Below, piece by piece: positions 10,191 to 17,600 of a stretch of 17,600 bases of DNA; positions within the stretch are counted from its first letter, which is position 1; each line of letters begins with the position of its first letter. Made by a program: the position numbers and the translations under genes. Under the pieces are notes generated by a model that worked only from the letters and a program-made list of their open reading frames with translations, made no database searches and was not told the DNA's origin. This DNA comes from Octopus vulgaris (lineage: Eukaryota). The stretch is from the NCBI GenBank assembly GCA_951406725.2, contig CATOCA020000048.1, forward strand, positions 1 to 17,600, given 5' to 3'.

Positions 10191-11298
10191 CGTAAGGTTC
10201 TAGAAAGATATGGCAGCCCTTTCTCCATCTACATAGAAAACAACTGGAAGAGATATCTAGATGACTGTTTCATTCTTTGGCATAAAAATATAGAAAAACG
10301 GACTGGACGTAAACATCCAATTCACGATGGAATATAGCCAGCAACAACTCCCCTTCCTCGATATCCTCATTAAGAAAGCTAATAATATAATAGAAACAGA
10401 CATATATTATAAGCCTACAGACTCTAAGCAATATCTTCCATTCAATTCATGCCACCCCAGACACACCAGGATGAATATCCCCTTCAATGTAGCAAAAAGG
10501 ATATGCACTATAGTCTCTAACGCAAACACCAGAGACACACGACTACAAGAACTAAAAGATACCCTTATCACCAGGAACTATCCACCTTCACTTATTGACA
10601 AGTGCATTCAACGTGCCCTTCAACTTAACATCAAGGAACTGAGACACCCCAAATCAAAGAAAAAACTTACAACCAAAAGCCTTACCATACATCTCCACAC
10701 ACAACCCTCTCAATAACGAAGCCTTCGGCACCATCCTCCACAACATACCCCTCCTAAAAAAAGACCACAGAATGAACACAATCCTCCAAACACACACGAT
10801 CATAAAAAGCAAGAGACAGCCTAAATCCATGAAAAGTCTCCTAACACAAGCCCGAATTCACTCTTCAACACAGAAGCCGACAGTAAAAAAATGTGGAAGA
10901 CCCAATTGCGGGATATGCGACTATCTAATTGAGGGATCAGAGTTCTCCTTCAAACAGGGACAACGGTTTACAGTGAAAAGCAACTTCACATGTGCTTCGG
11001 AGAACCTAATATACTCACTAACCTGCTCCGGGTGTCAAGAGCAGTACATAGGCCAAACAAAAAATAGTTTGCGTAAACGAATGGCCCAGCACAGATCCCA
11101 GATAAAAATTCCCCAAAACAGAAAAATAGCTTTTAGCCAACACATAGATACTTGCGCCAACAAAAAAACACCAAGCTTCAGGATTTTCCCCTCTACCAAT
11201 TTAGGGACGATACAACCTCGAGACAACGAATAAGTAAAGAAACTCTCTTTATTACAAAATACAGGCCACTTCTTAACGGGTCTACAACAAACAATTAA
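10191..11298 (+). pseudogene. Penelope-like RT/GIY-YIG endonuclease ORF broken by frameshifts (~10297, ~10665, ~11190)
   Basis: ORFs 10098-10337, 10327-10716 and 10772-11233 join into one protein; the last frame reads ..LYQFRDDTTSRQRISKETLFITKYRPLLNGSTTNN* and ends at 11298. Confidence 0.9.
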
Positions 11299-11459
11299 TA
11301 TACCTCAACTTTAGAATAAAAGAAATATACACACACAAATATTACATTCCAAAGAATCCATTACTAATCAGCCCCCAATCACAGCTATACTCCATAACAT
11401 GCAAACTTCAAGTCATACAACACCTCACTACTTTCACCCATTCATATTCTCCCTTCTCT

Positions 11460-11640
11460 GTTTTTTTCTTCTTCTTCCTCTTCTTCTTCATCATCATCAT
11501 TATCATCATCATCGTCGTCATCATCATCACCACCATCATCATCATCATCATCTTCTCCTTCTCCTTCTTCTTCTTCTTCTTCTTCATCATCATCATCATC
11601 AACATCGTCATCTTCTTCTTCTTCTTCTTCTACTTCTCCA
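11460..11640. repeat. (CTT)n/(CAT)n compound microsatellite within the Penelope 3' region
   Basis: Directly visible. Confidence 0.95.
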
Positions 11641-11991
11641 CCTTCTACCCCTTAACTTTGTCACTAATGTTTTTTAGTATAACACCTACGCAAATTCCAT
11701 AAACAAGCCTTTCAATAGAAATATTCTCCTGAATTGAACTGCGACTGCTAGCCGCCACTGACCATTCAAAATACGACCATCAGGGCACTCCCAGATTTTC
11801 CCACCCCCTTTCCTCATCAGCCTTCTTCTTCTTCTACCCTACTAAGAACTCACAACGACCTCAAACACACAAGTGCAAACAAGGGAGTCAGAGAAAGGCA
11901 GAATGCCACTTATATCTGAACACTGCTATAGAAATATTCCTTTAAAAAAACTTTTCTTCTAATTTTTCTAAATTTAATTATTTAATCGTTA

Positions 11992-12029
11992 CAGTTGAAA
12001 AGGTCTCAAAATGACCGAAACCGGTACTG
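11992..12029 (+). ncRNA. Minimal type I hammerhead ribozyme, U3-A8 core variant
   Basis: CAG-TTGAAAA-GGTC-tcaaaat-GACC-GAAAC-CG-GTA-CTG: stem I CAG/CTG, stem II GGTC/GACC, palindromic stem III ACCGGT, predicted cleavage after GUA (12026). Confidence 0.8.
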
Positions 12030-12082
12030 AAATGTTCACTATAAAATTATTTTAGCATTTTATATTTTTGACTTGTTTTTTC

Positions 12083-12146
12083 ATATATATATATATATAT
12101 ATATATATTCATATATACACATATATATATATATATATATATATTC

Positions 12147-12209
<63 letters not shown>

Positions 12210-12256
12210 TATATACATATTTATATATATATATATATATATTCATATATACATAG

Positions 12257-12303
<47 letters not shown>

Positions 12304-12324
12304 GTCATATATATATATATATAT
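12083..12324. repeat. (TA)n with recurring TTCATATATACA interruptions
   Basis: Directly visible. Confidence 0.95.
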
Positions 12325-12984
12325 AAATTAGTAATGCAATACTAGAGTATTGCTTTCCAGTAAAGAATAGCCCGTGAGGGAAAGATATACAAAGAAGTAA
12401 ATATATGACACAACGAAGTACCGATATTTACTGGAAATAGCGAACGTAATAATACGGCGCTAATGTATAGCTTCACCGCGTATGTACTAGCAAAAATGCG
12501 TGTGTGCAACAAACTAGAAAAAATTGTCTTACATACAGAGAGAACATCTGAAAGATGAAATACCTGGAAAAGGATAATGTGGGACCTGCGCAGGTTTCAG
12601 ATTTTTCAAGATATGTCTGCACCCATAAACTTGATCTATCTTCATCAGCCAAACATATACCACGACAACATTTCAGATGTTACCACATTAATGCCATTAC
12701 ACTCGACTGAAACGCCGAAACGCTAACAGCACGAGAACGGTGAAGAAGTTTCAATAAATTAGTAATGCAATACTAGAGTATTGCTTTCCAGTAAAGAATA
12801 GCCCGTGAGGGAAAAATATACAAAGAAGTAAATATATGGCACAACGAAGTACCGATATTTACTGGAAATAGCGAACGTAATAATACGACGCTAATGTATA
12901 GCTTCACCTCGTATGTACTAGCAAAAATGCGTGTGTGCAACAAACTAGAAAAAATTGTCTTACGTACAGGGAGAACATCTGAAA
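12323..12984 (-). mobile_element. Non-coding hammerhead-bearing tandem element (retrozyme-like or orphan Penelope pseudo-LTR), 431-bp unit x ~1.5
   Basis: 12323-12553 is repeated at 12754-12984 (offset 431, about 6 substitutions); the single-copy part contains a complete hammerhead; no meaningful ORF. Confidence 0.8.
12572..12661 (-). ncRNA. Type I hammerhead ribozyme with extended stem II and palindromic stem III
   Basis: Minus strand: ggtatatgtttgg-CTGATGA-AGAT-agaTCAAGtttATGggtgcagaCATatCTTGAaaa-ATCT-GAAAC-CTGCGCAG-GTC-ccacattatcc. All core nucleotides are canonical; predicted cleavage after GUC, between + positions 12583 and 12582. Confidence 0.9.
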
Positions 12985-13030
12985 AATCCAAGGCTGTACA
13001 GAGTTTTCAGAACATTTATAAAGAACACCT
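12982..13030. repeat. 49-bp exact direct repeat of 9989-10037
   Basis: aaaaatccaaggctgtacagagttttcagaacatttataaagaacacct at both sites. Confidence 0.95.
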
Positions 13031-13346
13031 CCGGGGGCTATTTATCAGCAGGACAATAGTCCTGTGCACAAAGCCAAAAAGGTTATAGAATTTTTTGATC
13101 ACCATAATATTGACATAATCGAATGGCCTCCCCAGAGCCCGGACCTGAATCTTATCGAGAACTTGTGGAATTATGTTTCCCAAAAAGTCCATGCTAAAAA
13201 AATCATCTAATCTAAAACAATTATTCGATTATATCAATGAAATATGGCAAAACATTCCCATAGAATTTTGTAATCACTTAGCGAATTCAATGCCGAGGCG
13301 TTGTTCAGTCGTTATTAAGAATAAAGGCTATGGCACAAAGTACTAA
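13031..13346 (+). pseudogene. Tc1 transposase C-terminal catalytic fragment (D34E), one frameshift at ~13200
   Basis: PGAIYQQDNSPVHKAKKVIEFFDHHNIDIIEWPPQSPDLNLIENLW...SMPRRCSVVIKNKGYGTKY*; 34 residues between the D of QQD and the E of LIE. Not in the ORF track. Confidence 0.92.
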
Positions 13347-13638
13347 TATGTATTTCGTTCTTGTTGCTCATTTTTGCAACAATCTTAAGCTTTAAATAAA
13401 ATTATAATGATACGGTCTTAAACTAATTTTTCCGGTAAATTTGAAACGTTTATATTAATTCAGCATTAGAATTCTTCAAGTTCTATAAAAGAAAGTTATT
13501 GTCTGCATCATTCGAAAGAGAAATAAATTCTGCTTAAGGTGTAAAAGATAAAAATAATTTGTATAGTGTTATTAACAAAATATTTTGTAAGGAATAGAAC
13601 TTTTATCATCGGTCTTAAACTAATTTTCGCCAGTACAT
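13031..13638 (+). mobile_element. Tc1-family DNA transposon 3' half with an IR/DR-type right end
   Basis: Transposase remnant followed by two copies of CGGTCTTAAACTAATTTT (13413-13430 and 13610-13627), ending ...cgccagtac next to TA repeats. Confidence 0.88.
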
Positions 13639-13669
13639 ACATATATACATATGATATATATATATATTC

Positions 13670-14566
<897 letters not shown>

Positions 14567-14623
14567 TATATATGATCGCAACCAACTAAAAACATAGCGG
14601 CGACCCTGAAAAGCCATGGCTTT

Positions 14624-15394
14624 ATGAGGACGTTGGCGCAAGTAGAGAGGAAGAAAAGAGAAGTCGAAAGGGCCTACACTCTCATTGCACCACACATGGC
14701 TTTGCTAAGCCAAGTCCTCAAGGTGGACAAAGACAAAGAGAGAGAGATGGAAACAGGAAACACCAACCACAGAGTGTCAAAAAATGACACGCCCACTGCC
14801 ACAGTCGAAGAAGGCAAGCAGGGCAAACAACAGATAGGCGGCGATGGGGAAACAGAAAATAACCACCCGGATGAAAAGACCTATGCAGAAAGGAACCAGT
14901 GGACAACCGTCCAACGGAGGAAGAAAAAACAGAGAGGAACTGGGGACAAGAAAACCCAGATAACATGCAAATTCTTCCGGAATGGAACCTGCTGGCATGG
15001 AGAAACAGGGGAAGGATGCAGGTTCGCTCATCCCAGGCCCTATGGAAATTGCATCAAACCCACTCGACCAAAATGCCTTAACCAAAACCAGAACAAATAC
15101 AAGCTGCCCCAGAAATATGCAGACATAGTGCGTAATGCCCCAACAAGGAGAAGGCGCACATTTGCAGAGGAAATGCAGACGGCGGCAGCAGAACAAAGAA
15201 ATTTTGTGGAAATGGCAGAGAAAATTGTGGGACAACTGGCCTGGATACATCGTCTTCAGAGCCAGGGGCACTCACAACAGCACTCAAGACCACCACAATC
15301 AAGGGACCCAGGGTGGCCACCGCTGACGCCGGCCCAGGTGCCACACCGTCAGCCTTTATTGACACACCGGGTGTCTCACCAGTGCTTCTGCTGA
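14624..15394 (+). CDS. LINE ORF1 protein with a CCCH-type zinc finger (possibly 5'-truncated)
   Basis: 256-aa ORF; [10 protein letters not shown] basic motif; [23 protein letters not shown] (C-x7-C-x8-C-x3-H); lies directly upstream of ORF2. Confidence 0.75.
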   Translation: MRTLAQVERKKREVERAYTLIAPHMALLSQVLKVDKDKEREMETGNTNHRVSKNDTPTATVEEGKQGKQQIGGDGETENNHPDEKTYAERNQWTTVQRRKKKQRGTGDKKTQITCKFFRNGTCWHGETGEGCRFAHPRPYGNCIKPTRPKCLNQNQNKYKLPQKYADIVRNAPTRRRRTFAEEMQTAAAEQRNFVEMAEKIVGQLAWIHRLQSQGHSQQHSRPPQSRDPGWPPLTPAQVPHRQPLLTHRVSHQCFC

Positions 15395-17571
15395 ATGTCA
15401 GAGGTCTGGTGAAACCCACTAATATGGGTAAAATTCCTTACCTTAGGGACTTGAGCACAAGCAACCATGCAATATGCATAGCGCTGACTGAAACGCACCT
15501 GTCAAGCAGTATAGCAGATGCAGAAATACACATACCGAAGTATACTGTTTTTCGGTCGGACAGGAAGGAAAGAACTCATGGTGGGGTTGCCCTGTACGTC
15601 CGTGAAGATGTCACACCCATAGTACTGTTGACACACTCAAACTCAGTCTGTGACACACTGATAGTACACATGAAACAACCGAAAATAGTAATATGTGTCA
15701 CATATCGGCCACCAGACACCCCTAGTCATGAAGGAGTGTTTGAAGATAGCCTCAGAAGAATAGAAGAAGTCCTGGACAAACTGGACCAGGGTAACACCAT
15801 TCTACTGCTGGGAGATTTTAACCTTCCGAAAGTCAAATGGCCAGATGGCCATCTCCTCCCTGGAATGACATCACTTGAACAGAGACAGACAGAGTCCTTG
15901 TTGGCTCTCACACGCAAGTTTTTCATGGAGCAAGCAGTGCTTTGGCCAACAAGAGGTGAGAATGTCTTGGACCTCTGTTTCACAAGCAACCCGATGCTCA
16001 TCCACAACATAATGGTAACACCAACAATTCTCTCAGATCACAACTTAGTAGAGGTAATGATATATGGTATGAGAGAGTTAGTTGAGACGCAGCCATTAGA
16101 AAATACCACAGGCCTATCCAGTCTAAACTTCCATAAGGCAAACTGGAAGAAGATCAACGAAGAGATCCGAAAACATAACTGGAGTGACTTCATCACCACA
16201 CAAGACACCACCACACAATACACCACCACACATTTCCAACATTTCATGACAACAATACAGAACATATGCCATAAGTTTGTCCCGGAGAAAAAAGCCAGCG
16301 GGCATAGGAACGTTATTCCCAGAGACAGGAAAATACTTATGAGGCGAAGAGCTAAGCTCTCGAAGCAACTGAATGCACGGCAGAGAAACAATGAGGGACT
16401 CCACCTGAAACTTTTTGAAACGGAAACTGCACTCAAACTTTCCTATGAGAAGGAGAGGGCAGAGAGAGAAGCCATGGCCATAGAGAATATTAAAACAAAC
16501 CCTAAAGCCTTCTTTAAATTTGCGAAAGAAACCACCTCGGTACACTGCAAGATTGGCCCACTCTTTGATAAAAAGGGCTCTCTAACTGAGGACCCCCAAG
16601 GGATAAGTGAAATACTAAAGGAACAGTATAAAAGTGTGTTCACATCCCCTCTGGGGCACATGCAAATCACAAACCCAGAAGTTTTCTTTGATGCCACAAC
16701 ACTCCAAAACCAAACAACAACCATCGACCACATAGACATAACAGAGAGGGATGTAATATCTGCCATAGAAGAAATGAGAATAAACTCAGCTGCTGGACCA
16801 GATGGATTCCCAGCAGTCCTCCTAAAAACATGCAGGCATGCCCTAGCGGGACCACTGAAGAAGCTCTTCAGTGGTTCCTTGGCTAACGGTAAACTGCCCA
16901 GGGCGCTAAAAGAAGGCACCATATGCCCTATCCACAAAGGAGGGAGTAGAGCAGAGGCCAAAAACTACAGGCCAGTCTCCCTGACGTCACACATAAGTAA
17001 GGTCATGGAACGAATCATCAGAAAAAAACTGATCACGTTCCTCGAAGAAACTAACCGTCTCACTGACACACAGCATGGCTTTCGCCCAGGAAGAAGCTGC
17101 CTTACGCAGCTGTTACAACACTACGACTGGGTACTGAAACAACTACTGGATCGCTCACAGGTGGATGTGGTATATCTCGACTTTGCGAAGGCCTTTGACA
17201 AAGTCGACCACGGAGTGATATGTCACAAATTACTCAGACTCAGCATAACAGGAAAAGTAGGTGAGTGGATACATGACTTCCTGAAGGACAGAAGCCAGAT
17301 GGTTGCAGCCAATGGAGCCCTCTCGGGAAAGACACCAATAGCAAGCGGGGTGCCACAGGGCACAGTCTTGGGACCCTTGCTGTTTTTGGTGGCGCTCTCT
17401 GACATGCCCTTGGTAGCACAAACAACATCCCTCACTAGCTATGCTGATGACACAAAGGTAGCACAGGCAATCAAAAACCCAGCTGATGCTGACCTTTTAC
17501 AACAAGATCTGGATGCCATATACAAATGGGCTGAAGACAACAACATGCAATTTAATGCTGGTAAATTTTAA
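15313..17571 (+). CDS. LINE ORF2: AP-like endonuclease plus reverse transcriptase, probably ending at a premature stop
   Basis: APE motifs LNVRGL, LTETHL, GGVALYV, YRPP, GDFN, LDL, SDH; RT motifs GPDG, NYRPVSLTS, QHGFRPGRSC, YLDFAKAFDKVDH, GVPQGTVLGPLLF, YADD. TAA follows FNAGKF, before the RT thumb and C-terminal region. Confidence 0.93.
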   Translation: MATADAGPGATPSAFIDTPGVSPVLLLNVRGLVKPTNMGKIPYLRDLSTSNHAICIALTETHLSSSIADAEIHIPKYTVFRSDRKERTHGGVALYVREDVTPIVLLTHSNSVCDTLIVHMKQPKIVICVTYRPPDTPSHEGVFEDSLRRIEEVLDKLDQGNTILLLGDFNLPKVKWPDGHLLPGMTSLEQRQTESLLALTRKFFMEQAVLWPTRGENVLDLCFTSNPMLIHNIMVTPTILSDHNLVEVMIYGMRELVETQPLENTTGLSSLNFHKANWKKINEEIRKHNWSDFITTQDTTTQYTTTHFQHFMTTIQNICHKFVPEKKASGHRNVIPRDRKILMRRRAKLSKQLNARQRNNEGLHLKLFETETALKLSYEKERAEREAMAIENIKTNPKAFFKFAKETTSVHCKIGPLFDKKGSLTEDPQGISEILKEQYKSVFTSPLGHMQITNPEVFFDATTLQNQTTTIDHIDITERDVISAIEEMRINSAAGPDGFPAVLLKTCRHALAGPLKKLFSGSLANGKLPRALKEGTICPIHKGGSRAEAKNYRPVSLTSHISKVMERIIRKKLITFLEETNRLTDTQHGFRPGRSCLTQLLQHYDWVLKQLLDRSQVDVVYLDFAKAFDKVDHGVICHKLLRLSITGKVGEWIHDFLKDRSQMVAANGALSGKTPIASGVPQGTVLGPLLFLVALSDMPLVAQTTSLTSYADDTKVAQAIKNPADADLLQQDLDAIYKWAEDNNMQFNAGKF

Positions 17572-17600
17572 GCCTTACAATATCAAGCTGTAAACACATA

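Larger units (their letters stand above)
10191..12082 (+). mobile_element. 5'-truncated Penelope-like retroelement (Neptune-like), flanked by (TA)n
   Basis: RT motif WKRYLDDCFILW; thumb LPFLD..YYKPTDSKQYL..SCHP; Cys linker CGRPNCGIC; GIY-YIG LIYSLTCSGCQEQYIGQT..LRKRMAQHR; long 3' non-coding tail ending in a hammerhead motif. Confidence 0.92.

Noticed and set aside
12083-12324. Regularly interrupted TA array, superficially repeat-spacer-like
   Set aside because: The spacers are only TA runs of variable length; slippage-derived, eukaryotic context, no cas genes.
12701-12735. Plus-strand ctcgaCTGAAACgccGAAACgctaacagcacgag, hammerhead-like
   Set aside because: Core is not CUGANGA or a compensated variant, stem II cannot form and there is no NUH site.
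14718-17435. Several minus-strand ORFs within the LINE
   Set aside because: Antisense shadows of the coding strand with no recognisable motifs.

Overview
AT-rich, microsatellite-dense eukaryotic intergenic DNA made almost entirely of transposable-element debris. The SINE families and repeat landscape suggest a cephalopod (Octopus-like) genome; this is inference. No host gene is evident, and the IYIY/HTHT/poly-K ORFs are microsatellite artefacts. From left to right: a ~790-bp inverted duplication carrying a mariner remnant, a 91-bp fold-back, two fragments of an RLE-type (R4/Dong-like) non-LTR retrotransposon, several tRNA-derived SINEs, a frameshifted Penelope-like element (RT + GIY-YIG), a Tc1 (D34E) 3' half, ~890 bp of (TA)n and a CR1-group LINE (CCCH ORF1, APE-RT ORF2). 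The main hidden signal is catalytic RNA. A complete type I hammerhead ribozyme lies on the minus strand inside a 431-bp unit repeated 1.5 times (retrozyme/circRNA-like, 12323-12984). A minimal U3-A8 variant hammerhead sits at the Penelope 3' end (11992-12029). A probably decayed relative of the first lies next to a long hairpin in the spacer of the large inverted repeat (1034-1209).
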